A stretch of 64,000 nt of DNA from a candidate division FCPU426 bacterium (GCA_963796105.1 CAWCKJ010000004.1:256001-320000), one strand, 5' to 3'. Shown: positions 18,009 through 28,890, numbered from the stretch's first letter. Translations and numbers: made by a program. Notes: generated from the sequence alone by a model not told the origin.

Positions 18009-20420
18009 TCACCGCAAAACCAAAAGCTTCAGGATTTGGCTCACGCCATTGGCGTTCACCTTTATGAAATAAAGACCATTGGCGAGGGGTTTCCCCCATT
18101 TACCCACTGTCTCCAATCCGATACTCCCGCCCGCCGGCACCCTGGAAACCGTAAAATCCTGGATCTTCCGATAATTCACCGTATAAACCTGGACCTTTAC
18201 TTCCATGACAGCCGCCGTTTTCTTGATTCTGCCGTTCGAGGCGGATCCCATATTCAGCTGGATGCTGACCGGGCCTGAGTTTTGAACCGGGTTGGGTGAA
18301 ACCAACATCACGGAATTCGCGTTTCCAGTCCCTTCAGTGGCGGTTCCTGTCGGAGTTTCTGCAGGCGTTGTAACCGGGGTTTCCGTGGGCGTGGCTGTCG
18401 CCGTAAAGGTTGTTCCCGTATCGGTATTGGAAGGCGTTGGTGTAGCGGTCAGAGTATCGGTGATGGTTGGGGTATTGGTCTGGGTATCTGTGGAAGTACT
18501 CGTCATCACGGGCGTTTCCGAGTAAGTTGGGGTGTTGGTAAAGGTATCGGACATGGTTGGAGTTTTGGTCAGGATTAACGGAGTATCCGTGAATGTAGGG
18601 GTATCCGCGGGAGTGGACGTGTTGGTCCAGGCCACCGTGGGGGTTGGCGTTTGCGTTGGCGTATTGACCAGGGTGAAGGTGTAGGTGCTCGTGTAAGTCT
18701 GCGTCACGGTAGAAGTGGCCGTCAGGGAGTTTGAAACCACCAAGGTCTCGGGACTGTTCGAGAACCAATAAGGCGTGAATCCCATGTTTCCGTAGCCAGT
18801 GGCGTTGTAAAGGCTTGTCGTAATGGTGCCCGAAGCGTTAGGGACCAAGACATAGTCGACGGTAAAACTGCAGGAATGGCCCTGCCAAATCGGTGAACCT
18901 GAAAAGCTGAGCGGTACCCCGCCCTTGCTGACGCTGACAAGGGTGCCGTTAATCCACAACTGCATTTGCTGGATTTGGGTCTCATCGTTTACGCTAAAAA
19001 ATATGGACGTAATATCGTAAAGACTGCCGGGGCAAAAGGAATCGTCCGTAGAAGCGGTGCCGCTATAACCCACCACCGTGCCCCCGCCCGAAACAGGATT
19101 GGCCGGAAGGTTTGACTCATAAAAAATAAACATCGCGCACCCCGTCGGGGTTGAGGTTTGGGTGACTGTCGGCGAAAGGGTAAAGGTGAACGTGGGTGTC
19201 GGGGTGTTCGAGGGTAGCGGCGTGTTGGTCCAGGTCGGCGTGGCGCTTAACGTCTGCGTCGGTGTCAGGGTTGGCGTATTGACCTGGGTGAAGGTGAGGG
19301 TGCTCGTGTAAGTCCGCGTCGCGGTGGAGGTATGGGTGGCCGTCCTGGTGAAGGTGGGGGTGTAAGTCCGGGTCGGGGTGCGGGTCCATGTCAGTGTCCG
19401 GGTGAACGTCTTCGTGGGCGTATTGGTGATGGTATGGGTGTAAGTGGGAGTATGCGTGAAAGTCCGGGTGGCGGTCGGAAGGGTGCCGGTCGCGGTGGGG
19501 GTATGGGTTGGGGTCTGCGTCCTCGTCAAAGTGAAGGTTCTAGTTGCGGTTTTGGTGAATGAAGGCGTGAATGTGCCCGTCTGGGTGCGCGTCCAGGTCG
19601 GTGTTCGTGTGGGTGTTATTGTGTGGGTAGGGGTCCGAGTATTGGTAATAGTGGGAGTCAACGTTTGCGTCCGAGTCAAAGTGAATGTCGGCGTACTAGA
19701 TTGGGTTGGGGTAAATGTAGCCGTTGGTATGGGAGTATTTGTGCCAGTCAGAGTTGGAGTCGGCGACATATATCCCCCTGCCACCGCCAACGCATCCCAT
19801 GCCAGTGGAAATGAATTCCACAACCCGTTTCCCGAGTCTTCCCAAGTCAATTGCACTCCGCTTCCATCCACATACCCCGATATACCCGTAATTTGTGTAT
19901 CCAGGTCCCCTTGAGCAGAGGACGACAAAATATAATCCACCGCGCAGCTATTTCCGCCAAATGAACCGCTGAAAGAAAAACTGCTGCTGAAACTTGTCGT
20001 CACAGCCGTATTCCCGTCAGTCAATATTACCCCCAGAACATTGCTCGCGAGGTTTCCATCCACGGTAGTGGCAAAGCTGTAATTGGTGATGGTCTTAGGA
20101 CAAGGTGCGTCGTTATCGTAAAAGGTGTAATTAACCTTATAACCCACCACTGTGATTCCCGCGGCCACAGGATTTCCTCCTCCAACCATGATTGGGGAAT
20201 AAGTGGTGGGTGAAAAACCATAATTTATTACTGTTTTAGAGCATCCGGTGGCCGTGGGGGACTGGGTAGGTGTCCATGTGTAAGTGAATGTTGGCGTGAA
20301 GGTCCAGGTAAAGGTGGGAGTCTGGGTTGGCAAGATCGTAGGCGTGGATACTTGGCCCCTGACCTGGCCGGCGATTAATATATTCAGGCTCACAATCATC
20401 AATAATGTTGATTTTTTCAT
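18009..20420 (-). CDS. Secreted Thr/Pro-rich (mucin-like) protein with two related Cys-containing domains and a C-terminal sorting-like domain
   Basis: Signal peptide, long (T-x)n tracts, C-terminus PNPV...WGKPLANGLYFIKV...KLLVLR. Confidence 0.85.
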   Translation of the reverse strand: MKKSTLLMIVSLNILIAGQVRGQVSTPTILPTQTPTFTWTFTPTFTYTWTPTQSPTATGCSKTVINYGFSPTTYSPIMVGGGNPVAAGITVVGYKVNYTFYDNDAPCPKTITNYSFATTVDGNLASNVLGVILTDGNTAVTTSFSSSFSFSGSFGGNSCAVDYILSSSAQGDLDTQITGISGYVDGSGVQLTWEDSGNGLWNSFPLAWDALAVAGGYMSPTPTLTGTNTPIPTATFTPTQSSTPTFTLTRTQTLTPTITNTRTPTHTITPTRTPTWTRTQTGTFTPSFTKTATRTFTLTRTQTPTHTPTATGTLPTATRTFTHTPTYTHTITNTPTKTFTRTLTWTRTPTRTYTPTFTRTATHTSTATRTYTSTLTFTQVNTPTLTPTQTLSATPTWTNTPLPSNTPTPTFTFTLSPTVTQTSTPTGCAMFIFYESNLPANPVSGGGTVVGYSGTASTDDSFCPGSLYDITSIFFSVNDETQIQQMQLWINGTLVSVSKGGVPLSFSGSPIWQGHSCSFTVDYVLVPNASGTITTSLYNATGYGNMGFTPYWFSNSPETLVVSNSLTATSTVTQTYTSTYTFTLVNTPTQTPTPTVAWTNTSTPADTPTFTDTPLILTKTPTMSDTFTNTPTYSETPVMTSTSTDTQTNTPTITDTLTATPTPSNTDTGTTFTATATPTETPVTTPAETPTGTATEGTGNANSVMLVSPNPVQNSGPVSIQLNMGSASNGRIKKTAAVMEVKVQVYTVNYRKIQDFTVSRVPAGGSIGLETVGKWGKPLANGLYFIKVNANGVSQILKLLVLR

Positions 20421-20836
20421 AGCAATCCCCTTTCCATACCTCTAGACGGCAAAGGGCCGTTTTATTGCAAAGATTTTTTAAAATATTTATCGAACGGTGA
20501 CATTGAGGAAAAACCTTTAAATCCAGGCCTTTTCTTGAGTTTCAATTGGCCCCAGGCCCGGTTTGGAGGAGATATTTTGACCAATGCGGCGGATTTTACC
20601 GATAGATATTTTTCAAGGATTTTAGTATTCGGATCTTCTCGCGGTTTTTAAAATCGAAAACACTTGAACCGCTAAAGCCGATTAAATTATTCACAGGTTC
20701 TGGTAAAATTAGGTGAAGTGAAACAGAGTGTATATCCCCATTGTGAAAGTTTCGCTTTCCGCGTCTTTGAATATTCTGTTCTCCGGGTTTTCTAATCGCT
20801 GTTCTAAATTATTTCAATTTAGTCAAAGGCCGGCAC

Positions 20837-22801
20837 ATGAGGACTCTTTTTCTTTTTTCACTCACCGTCATTCTGCTTCAGGGCATTCAGGCGTTCGGAA
20901 CCACGCCCATGGAGTATTTCAACAGCCTGGTGGCGGGAGGGGATGAACCAGGGTACCGTGACGGCGCCTTTGTCTCGGCGCGTTTCAACAATCCGGCGGG
21001 CCTTTGTTTCGACGAGTCGGGAAAAACACTTTATGTGGCCGACTCGGGAAATCACCGTATCCGAGTGGTCAATCTGGATAACAGCAATGAAGTCGGGACC
21101 CTCGCGGGCAGAGGCGCCGCCGGTAAAGAGGACGGCTCCTTCGACAAGGCGACCTTCAACTCTCCTACCAGGATAGTCAGTCTTCCTAATAACCGTTTGG
21201 CAGATTACGACGCCGGCACGACGCTGATCCGCCTCCTCGACCTGAAGACGCGTCTTGTCTCCTCAGTCCCCGTCCCGGCGAATATTTGGGATATGCTTTA
21301 CCGCCCCCAGGACGACAGCCTTTATTTCTCGGAGCCGGAAAGTAAAAGCCTTGGAAAACTGGATCTAAAGTCCCTGGCCATTTCCACCGTTTTCACCAAT
21401 GATCCCCAACTTCCCTCCCCGCAGGCTCTTTGCCTGGGAAACGACAAGTTTTACGCGGCCGATAGGGATTCATCCGCGGTGTTCGAGTTGAGCCTGCCGG
21501 ATGCGAAAACACCTGATCAAAAAGTTGTAACTTTCAAGCAAATCGGGCAGGCGGACCATATTCAGGGGATGGCTTATTCGGATGGGGTCCTCTACGCAAT
21601 TCAAGCCGGGGCATATCCTTTTGTCCAGGTGGATTTGCCCAAATCCAAGCCCGTCAGTTTGGCGACCGCCTGGGGTTTCATGGTCGATAACGGCAATCCC
21701 GGCGCCGAACCCCTCTTGGATTTTAAAGCCGGTCAACCCGTTGGTTTTTCCGCCCCGCCGCAGGAGCCGTTGAAATTTTTCGTTTCCCGCCCCGGAATTG
21801 ATAAGCACTCCATCGTCAGCCTTAAAGATTACCATTTCGACAAGCTGTGGAAAGCCGACAACAGGTCGGATTCGGACAGCTTTGGACATGTGATGGATTA
21901 TGACTACCCGCTCGAGAAACCCCGGGGGACCTACCGTATTTTTTTGGTCGGGGACTCAAGAACCTATATCGCCCCTGAAGTCACCCCTGGTTCGTCCTAT
22001 GGGGATGATTGGTTCTATGGCGCCCCTAGAAACTACACCATAGGCAAAAGATTGGAGCTGTTTTTAAACACGGAAGCCGCCCTCAGGGGGGTGAAAACCC
22101 ATTTCGAGGTTTTGGAATGGAATCGAAAAGGAATGGCTTTAAGCAACTACGCTTATTACGAGTTGCCCCCCGTTGTTAAAAGATACAACATCGACCTGGT
22201 CCTGGCTCTGGAAGGGCACCCTGGATACGACGACTATTACATGAAGCCCATGACATCGGAGGGCATCCCCTCCCAAAAAGAGGATTTCGAGTACATCCTG
22301 AAGCCCTTATCGCAAAGGGTTCCGCCGGGCGTGGCCGCGGATTTATACCAGCGTTACAAAAAAAAGGTCACGACCGACACTGAGAAATTCGGGTACCCGA
22401 GCCCCAATTCGGACACGGATTTTATTTGCGGCGCCGATCCTGAGATGAGGAAGGATCTCATCGAGATGTCGGGCCGCCGGTTGCAGATGCTGTCCGAGAA
22501 ATTACAATCCATGAAAACTCCCGAGGGCTATCTTCCGAAGCTGGTTCTTTTCCATGTCCCGCAGAGGGGCTGGGACAACGACTGCATCGTATCCTACTGG
22601 AGGGACCTTTGCGAAAAATACAGCCTTCCCCTTATCGACCTGACCAAAAGCTATAACGCCTTGAAAATCGCCTATTACCCAGCGGCCACTGACTGCTGTT
22701 CAGGCCATTTCACGGCTTACGGAAGTAAATTGGTCGGTTATCTATTAAGCCGTTACTTGATCGAGGATCAATTGATTCCGTTTGAGACAGCGGACAAGTA
22801 G
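20837..22801 (+). CDS. Secreted NHL-repeat + SGNH-family domain protein, paralog 1
   Basis: GYRDG...FNNPAG...LYVADSGNHRIR NHL repeats; VGDSRT block I and DCCSGHFTAYG block V. Confidence 0.8.
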   Translation: MRTLFLFSLTVILLQGIQAFGTTPMEYFNSLVAGGDEPGYRDGAFVSARFNNPAGLCFDESGKTLYVADSGNHRIRVVNLDNSNEVGTLAGRGAAGKEDGSFDKATFNSPTRIVSLPNNRLADYDAGTTLIRLLDLKTRLVSSVPVPANIWDMLYRPQDDSLYFSEPESKSLGKLDLKSLAISTVFTNDPQLPSPQALCLGNDKFYAADRDSSAVFELSLPDAKTPDQKVVTFKQIGQADHIQGMAYSDGVLYAIQAGAYPFVQVDLPKSKPVSLATAWGFMVDNGNPGAEPLLDFKAGQPVGFSAPPQEPLKFFVSRPGIDKHSIVSLKDYHFDKLWKADNRSDSDSFGHVMDYDYPLEKPRGTYRIFLVGDSRTYIAPEVTPGSSYGDDWFYGAPRNYTIGKRLELFLNTEAALRGVKTHFEVLEWNRKGMALSNYAYYELPPVVKRYNIDLVLALEGHPGYDDYYMKPMTSEGIPSQKEDFEYILKPLSQRVPPGVAADLYQRYKKKVTTDTEKFGYPSPNSDTDFICGADPEMRKDLIEMSGRRLQMLSEKLQSMKTPEGYLPKLVLFHVPQRGWDNDCIVSYWRDLCEKYSLPLIDLTKSYNALKIAYYPAATDCCSGHFTAYGSKLVGYLLSRYLIEDQLIPFETADK

Positions 22802-22875
22802 TTTAAACGCGTTTAGTCGATTGGGATTCCGGAAAACCGGTTCGCGATAAATAGGACCGGACGAGGAGGAAAAGT

Positions 22876-24696
22876 TTGGTGTATCGTTTATTTTTTTATC
22901 TTTGGTTTCCTTTCTTGTCCCTGCTTTTAGCCTCGGCCAGCGGCCGGGCGGGATCCATCACACCCATGGAATATTACAACAGCCTCGTGGCAGGGAATTT
23001 CGACAGGGGGTTCCGCGACGGCGCTTATGCCGGCGCCTTGTTCAGCGACCCGTCCGGCATCTGTTTCGATGAGACAGGGGAAAGGATTTTCGTGGCGGAC
23101 TCGGGAAATAACCGAATACGGGTGATTGATCTTTCCAACCATAATTCCGTCGAGACATTGGCCGGCACGGGTACCGCCGGCAATGGGAATGGTCCCTTCG
23201 AAAACGCCGCATTCAATAAGCCTTACAGGATAGTCGCCCTTCCCGGCAAACGATTGGCTGTCGCCGATGGCGGGGACAATCCGGTCCGGCTGTTGGATTT
23301 AAAAACCCGCACTGTTTCCCCGTTAACCGAAAACTCCGGAATTTGGGACATGGTCTACCGCCCCCAGGATGACAGCCTCTACTTTTCAAGACCTTGGAGC
23401 GGTCAAATTGGGAAGTTGGACTTAAAATCACTTGCCGTTTCCATCATTCTAACGAATAACCCCCAAGTTCCATCACCCCAGGCCCTTTGCATAGATCAAA
23501 ATAAATTATTCGTGGCTGATGCGAACCTGCCCGGGGTGTACGAATTGGTTTTACCCGATGGAAATTCCATGGATAAGGACGGGGTTGTTCTCAAGAATGT
23601 CGGCGAGGGAGACCATATCCAGGAAATGGCTTTCTCCAATGGCGTTTTATACGCCTTGCAAATGGCGAAAGAACCCATGGTACGGATAGCCTCCCCGAAA
23701 TCCGAACCGGTCATTCTTCCGACACAGTGGGGCTTTTTCACGAATGACGACAACCCCGGATTTGAGCCTTTCCTGTTGTTTAAACAGGGGTTCATGCCGG
23801 GATTCGCAGCCTCCCCGAGTGAACCCGGAAAGCTGTACATCTCCCGGCCCACCACCGGCGGCATAGCCTCTAGGTCTCCCGGGATCGGCCCAAACGCCGT
23901 CATCAGTGTTAAGGATTACCATTTCGAAAAAGGATGGTTTTCTAATGTCGTAAACACGGATGTTTCGGGTTTGACGGATTTTGAGTATCCGGAAAAGAAA
24001 CCGAGCGGCACCTACCGCATTTTAGTGACAGGAGACTCAAGGACTTGTACCGCCACAAGGATGACCGCCGGAAATCGAGATGGAAACCAGGAGCCCAATT
24101 CCCTGAGGACCGACACATTCCCCAAACAATTGGAGGTTTATTTGAACACGGAAGCTTCCCTCAAGGGAGTGGGCACTTGCTTTGAGGTGTTGACCCTGAG
24201 CCGCCCCGGGAAAGCCATAAGCTCCTATGCCTATGAGGAAATACCCCCTATCGCCCAAAAATACGGCGTGGATATGGTTCTCGGATTGGCGGGATCGGCC
24301 GGGCCCGACTGGAAATCGTTGATAGCTGGCGGTTCCGACGCGAGGAAAAATTCGATGGATTCGGCCGGGTCGCTTTTGAAGCAATTTTCCAAAAAACTGG
24401 ACACCCTGAAAACCTCGGGCGGCTCGCCGGTGAAGCTGGTTTTCATGTATGTCCCCTCCAGGTCCTTCCCGAACGATTATGCCGGCTCCTTTTGGAGAGA
24501 CCTTTGCGCGGAAAACAATTTTTCCTTGATTGACCTGACTGAGCCGTTTGACGGCTTGAAAACTAGCTACTATCCGGTGAATGAAAATTCCGGGGACAAA
24601 AATTACACGGCTTATGGAAGCGAGCTGATCGGCCTGCTTTTGAGCCGGTCCTTGGTGAGGGATAAACTCATCCCTTTTGAGCCCGCAAAAAAATAA
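22876..24696 (+). CDS. Secreted NHL-repeat + SGNH-like protein, paralog 2
   Basis: Collinear with paralog 1 (TPMEYYNSLVAG, WDMVYRPQDDSLYFS, TGDSRT); His motif replaced (GDKNYTAYG). Confidence 0.8.
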   Translation: MVYRLFFYLWFPFLSLLLASASGRAGSITPMEYYNSLVAGNFDRGFRDGAYAGALFSDPSGICFDETGERIFVADSGNNRIRVIDLSNHNSVETLAGTGTAGNGNGPFENAAFNKPYRIVALPGKRLAVADGGDNPVRLLDLKTRTVSPLTENSGIWDMVYRPQDDSLYFSRPWSGQIGKLDLKSLAVSIILTNNPQVPSPQALCIDQNKLFVADANLPGVYELVLPDGNSMDKDGVVLKNVGEGDHIQEMAFSNGVLYALQMAKEPMVRIASPKSEPVILPTQWGFFTNDDNPGFEPFLLFKQGFMPGFAASPSEPGKLYISRPTTGGIASRSPGIGPNAVISVKDYHFEKGWFSNVVNTDVSGLTDFEYPEKKPSGTYRILVTGDSRTCTATRMTAGNRDGNQEPNSLRTDTFPKQLEVYLNTEASLKGVGTCFEVLTLSRPGKAISSYAYEEIPPIAQKYGVDMVLGLAGSAGPDWKSLIAGGSDARKNSMDSAGSLLKQFSKKLDTLKTSGGSPVKLVFMYVPSRSFPNDYAGSFWRDLCAENNFSLIDLTEPFDGLKTSYYPVNENSGDKNYTAYGSELIGLLLSRSLVRDKLIPFEPAKK

Positions 24697-24745
24697 CTTC
24701 ATGCGGGGTTGATGAGAATGTTACCGGTCAGGGGATTTCATTTTA

Positions 24746-26362
24746 TTACCGTAACACGACCACTTTTCGGATGGTTTGTCCGGACGGCTGCTGGATGATC
24801 AGGAAATAAACGCCGTTTCCGACGATATCCCCGTTGGAGTTCCGCCCGTCCCAGGATTCCCTGTAACTTCCCGCGCTCATGGACGCGTCCATCAATTTCC
24901 TCACTTCTTCCCCCGCGAGATTGAAGACCAGCACTTTCACCCGGCCGGGGCTGTCCACGCGGATATCCATCCCCAGGGTCTGGCCGTTCCCGGGTTTGAA
25001 CACATTGGAATCCAGGACCAATTCGGAATTCGGCGTCGCGGTGGGGGTGGGGGTAAAAGTCGTTGTCGGAGTATAAGTTTGTGTATAGCTGGGAGTGGAC
25101 GTCGAAGAAGGAGTCGGTGTAGAGGTTGGGGTGGGGGTGGATGTAGGTGACGGGGTGGGCGTAGACGTGGGGGTGTCCGTAAAAGAAGGTGTTGGCGAGG
25201 GTGTGTTCGTCACCGTCGGAGTATAGGTGGGCGTGATCGTGGGTGTTAGCGTGGCTGTAGAAGTTGCGGTGGGCGTGGGTGTACTCGACGGCGTATTGGT
25301 GGTGGTATTTGTCGGTGTCACCGTCGGGGTATAGGTCGGGTAAACCGAAATGGAGCATTGGTAATACATTCCCAATCCTCCGGTAGATCCTTGAGGTGTC
25401 CCCGATCCGCCTGTGCCGCCTTGGACGCTGACCCCCCCGCTGTAGCTCATGCTTACGGAGGCGCAAAGGTTGATGATTCCCCCGGCTCCTCCCCCTCCTC
25501 CGCCCCCAGCAGATCCGGTACCGCCATTGCCGCCTTCGGCTGATACAACCCCTGTTCCCGTAATGGTCGCGGCTTGGACATAAAGCACCCCGCCCGCCCC
25601 TCCTCCTCCGCCGCTTCCCGCGGAGGCGTTTCCACCGCTGAGTCCCAGAAGAATAATCGAGCTGTTGGGACCGATGCTCACTTGCCCGTTCGGCGCGTTA
25701 ATCGCCAAATAAGAGCCCGCGTTCCCGCCCGTGACGGCAGCGCTTCCCCCTCCCCCGCTTCCCAAGGTTAAGGGGATTATTCCGGAGTCGTAAAGCGCCC
25801 CTCCATTGATGGCTCCCCCGCCGTTGCCGCCCAGGTCTCCGTGGCCCCCCCCGCCGCCGCCTGTGGTGGAAGTCCCTGCGCCCCCGCCGCCCGGGCCTTG
25901 GCCGGCCTGGCCGACTGCCCCTCCAGCGTAGCCCCTTCCGTCTCCCGTCACCAAATTGCTGGCGGCCATGTTGAAACTGCCTTGCTCAACGTTAACGGTG
26001 ACCATCCCGAAAATCGTGAACCAGGCGTTTCCGGCCATGTAGAAATCCCCGCTGATCACATTGATCGTGATGGGTCCATCGGCGATTAGATTGGAGGTGT
26101 TTGAACCAGTGATCGTCACCCCGCAAAAGTTATAGGTCCCGGAGGTTAAGGTAAGGCTGCCGGAGGAGAGGTTGATGGTGGGGCAAACCGTAACGGTGTA
26201 AGTCGGGGTGGCATTGGAGGTGTTGGTCGCCGTGGAGGTCAAAGTGGGCGTCGGGGTCTGGGACCATCCGGTTGACGGCGCGAGTAAACCCAGGAAAACG
26301 CAAACTAACCCAAATTTTAAACATCGGGTCATCCGGCTGTCATTTTCGGAAAGGACTTTCAC
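24746..26362 (-). CDS. Secreted glycine-rich protein with a Thr/Pro linker and FlgD-Ig-like C-terminal domain
   Basis: GGGGGG/GSGGGG tracts, TPT repeats, NVFKPGNG...[18 protein letters not shown]...KVVVLR. Confidence 0.85.
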   Translation of the reverse strand: MKVLSENDSRMTRCLKFGLVCVFLGLLAPSTGWSQTPTPTLTSTATNTSNATPTYTVTVCPTINLSSGSLTLTSGTYNFCGVTITGSNTSNLIADGPITINVISGDFYMAGNAWFTIFGMVTVNVEQGSFNMAASNLVTGDGRGYAGGAVGQAGQGPGGGGAGTSTTGGGGGGHGDLGGNGGGAINGGALYDSGIIPLTLGSGGGGSAAVTGGNAGSYLAINAPNGQVSIGPNSSIILLGLSGGNASAGSGGGGGAGGVLYVQAATITGTGVVSAEGGNGGTGSAGGGGGGGAGGIINLCASVSMSYSGGVSVQGGTGGSGTPQGSTGGLGMYYQCSISVYPTYTPTVTPTNTTTNTPSSTPTPTATSTATLTPTITPTYTPTVTNTPSPTPSFTDTPTSTPTPSPTSTPTPTSTPTPSSTSTPSYTQTYTPTTTFTPTPTATPNSELVLDSNVFKPGNGQTLGMDIRVDSPGRVKVLVFNLAGEEVRKLMDASMSAGSYRESWDGRNSNGDIVGNGVYFLIIQQPSGQTIRKVVVLR

Positions 26363-26481
26363 TTGTGGGCTTATCCTTCTTGCTCAATCAGCGCATGGGT
26401 TAAAAACCTCATTTCCAAGTCTAACGCTTATGGCAATCAGCGTCAAACCCATGCCCGTATTGTCGGATAAAGCGGAACCCC

Positions 26482-28890
26482 TTACTCCCCGGAAACCGGT
26501 CCGATCCAAAGTTCCCCCTGGCCGGAAGCCTGTGGCCCGAAATTCATGCCGTTCACTTTCGATAAATCCATGGGATGCCCCATTTCGGCGTTGTCCGGCG
26601 TGTAATAGGGATCCTTCACGAAGGAGGAAAGGGGAACCCTTACCTCAGTCCATTCCTTTGACGGCACCGAAACTTTGGTGGTGTACTGGACATTCCACTT
26701 GTCTTTCAGGGACACCTGCACTTCCCCCGGCAGGGTGGTCTTGGCCTGGAAGACCATCGTCTGGTCCTTGGAGAGGTCGTAGGCCGCGTTGTGCCAGAGG
26801 CCGCAAAAGCCCCCGGCCTTGAGATCAAATGTCAGCTTTACGGCTTTTTGCCTCTTCTCCGGGCCCTTCTCCATCGAAAAAGAAAGAGTGGAGCCTTTCG
26901 AGTCGGCGTAGACTCCGGTTTGGTCCAGGGATTTCCAAGCCTCGAAAAACGCCTTGCTCTCCGCCTCGGGCTCCGTCTCGGTGCTGAAGCGGAAAGGCGA
27001 GGCCGGCAAGCCGTCCTCATTGAGGAGGTTGCAGGCCGGATTGTCGGCCCAGGCGTATCGCACTTCCACGGGCTTCCTCACGGAATCGCTCCAGACTTCC
27101 AGGGTGTCCCCGCCGGTGATCTTCGCGTCGGCCCAATAAAATTGGCCGTCCTCATCGGAGACCGCGAAACCCGTGACGGGCCCGCCGTCCTTGGCCGCCA
27201 GGCCTTTTCCTGTTTCTTTGAACTTCAGGAGCATTTTCGATCCCTTGACCTTCAAGCTCTCAAAGAGGGGCCCGGAATAAACCAGGGGTTTCTGGTAAAC
27301 CTGGGCCAAGGCAGCCAGGGACAGCCTCCTCCCTACCTCGGTCTTGTTCTTCGGGTGGATGTTGCCGGCCTCCCCCAGGTCGATGGTGGTCACCAAACCC
27401 GTGTTGGGAACCGCCAGGGTTCTCAATTGGGCTTCCCTCAGTTCCGCCCAAGAGCTCTCGGAAGGCTGGAGTTTCCTTTCCATGTAGTTCGGCAATTGCA
27501 CGATGAAAAAAGGCAGTTCCTTACCCCAGGCCGTGCGCCAGCTTTTGATAAGGGTGGTCAACAGAAGTTGGTAATCGGAAGCCCGTCCCGCGTTGGATTC
27601 CCCCTGGTACCAGACCACGCCTTTGACGTCGAAGGCGGTCAGGGGCGCGATCATGGCGTTGAAAGCAACCGAGGCGATCTCGGGATTGTAAGGAACTTCA
27701 ACCGTGATGACCATGGACTGGATGGCCTCCTGGGTGAAGGCCTTGGGCTGGCCCCATCCCCCCTGTTTGAGCGAGGAAAGGGGATAAGTCATAAGCTTCC
27801 ATTCGCTGGAAGCATTGAAGACATCCGTGGAGTAGTAATCGTAGTCGGCGATGGAGGATTGGCCCAGCTTCATGCGGTACTTGCCGTTCCCCTTGGCGTA
27901 AAATTCGATGGAGCCGTAATCGCTGAGGTCCACCGAGGAGTTGTCCCCCTTGAGCGGCGTCGAAAGGGTGATCCAGCCCTTGCCCATCATGGTGCCGGAC
28001 AGGGTCGCGGCTGGCCCCCCCTCGGGGCGCTTTCCGTCGGCCTTGAAGGCGCCGGTGGAACCGCTGTTGGCGAAACAATTCCAGGCCCCGCCCAGGCCGT
28101 CGGAACCGGCTTGGAGTAGGATTGGCTTGGCCTTGCCTTTGTCATCCTTGGGCATAAGGCGGATATCTGAAAGCTCGAGGTCATAGCTTGCGCCGACCGT
28201 CCAGGCCTTGACCTGGTCCGGGTTATTGTCCCAATCCTTGAGTAAAGAGGCGAACTGAGGTTCCTTGTTGAGGGCGTCCCGGGGCACCCAGCACTCTCCC
28301 GAGGTCCCTCCCCAGGCGCTTTGGATCAGCCCGATGGGAACCTTCAAAACCTGGTGGATGTCTTTCCCGAAGTGGTAGGCCACAGCCGAGAAATCCTTGA
28401 CCGTGTCGGGCGCGCAGACCTTCCAGGCACATTTCACCTCGGTCGTAGGCGCCGCCGCTGTAGCCTGTTCGATCATCAACAGCCGGATATTGGGGATATC
28501 CGCCTTCGGGATCTGCTCATCGGCGTCATGAGTCCGGGCCATCGGAAATTCCATGTTGGACTGGCCGGAGGCGAGCCACACGTCGCCCACCAGAACGTCA
28601 TTGATCGTCACCGCCCCGTCGCCTGAAACCACCATGTCATAGGGTCCCCCCGCTTCCAAAGCAGGAAGGCTTACTTTCCAGTTCCCTTTCGAGTCGGCCA
28701 CCCCTGTGGCATTTTGGTCCGCCAGCGTAACCGTGATGGTTTTTCCAGCCTCGGCCTTGCCCCAAACCGCGGGTTTTCCCCGCTGGAGGACCATGTGATT
28801 CCCGAAAATCGTCGGCAGCCGCAGCTCGGCGTTGGAATGGGAAGCCAACAACACCAATCCCAGCAGAAAGAATGAGAGTCGCTTGTTCAT
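26482..28890 (-). CDS. Sialate O-acetylesterase (SASA/SGNH) with two CIA30/CBM11-like domains
   Basis: HMVLQRG, GDVWLASGQSNME, WYQGESN, IHPKNK, VRYAWADNP; inserted VDLSDYGSIEFYAKG domain and a similar C-terminal one. Confidence 0.9.
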   Translation of the reverse strand: MNKRLSFFLLGLVLLASHSNAELRLPTIFGNHMVLQRGKPAVWGKAEAGKTITVTLADQNATGVADSKGNWKVSLPALEAGGPYDMVVSGDGAVTINDVLVGDVWLASGQSNMEFPMARTHDADEQIPKADIPNIRLLMIEQATAAAPTTEVKCAWKVCAPDTVKDFSAVAYHFGKDIHQVLKVPIGLIQSAWGGTSGECWVPRDALNKEPQFASLLKDWDNNPDQVKAWTVGASYDLELSDIRLMPKDDKGKAKPILLQAGSDGLGGAWNCFANSGSTGAFKADGKRPEGGPAATLSGTMMGKGWITLSTPLKGDNSSVDLSDYGSIEFYAKGNGKYRMKLGQSSIADYDYYSTDVFNASSEWKLMTYPLSSLKQGGWGQPKAFTQEAIQSMVITVEVPYNPEIASVAFNAMIAPLTAFDVKGVVWYQGESNAGRASDYQLLLTTLIKSWRTAWGKELPFFIVQLPNYMERKLQPSESSWAELREAQLRTLAVPNTGLVTTIDLGEAGNIHPKNKTEVGRRLSLAALAQVYQKPLVYSGPLFESLKVKGSKMLLKFKETGKGLAAKDGGPVTGFAVSDEDGQFYWADAKITGGDTLEVWSDSVRKPVEVRYAWADNPACNLLNEDGLPASPFRFSTETEPEAESKAFFEAWKSLDQTGVYADSKGSTLSFSMEKGPEKRQKAVKLTFDLKAGGFCGLWHNAAYDLSKDQTMVFQAKTTLPGEVQVSLKDKWNVQYTTKVSVPSKEWTEVRVPLSSFVKDPYYTPDNAEMGHPMDLSKVNGMNFGPQASGQGELWIGPVSGE

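Noticed and set aside
19140..19770. Ice-binding protein based on TxT periodicity
   Set aside because: Frequent Pro and no regular turn residues fit an extended glycosylated linker better
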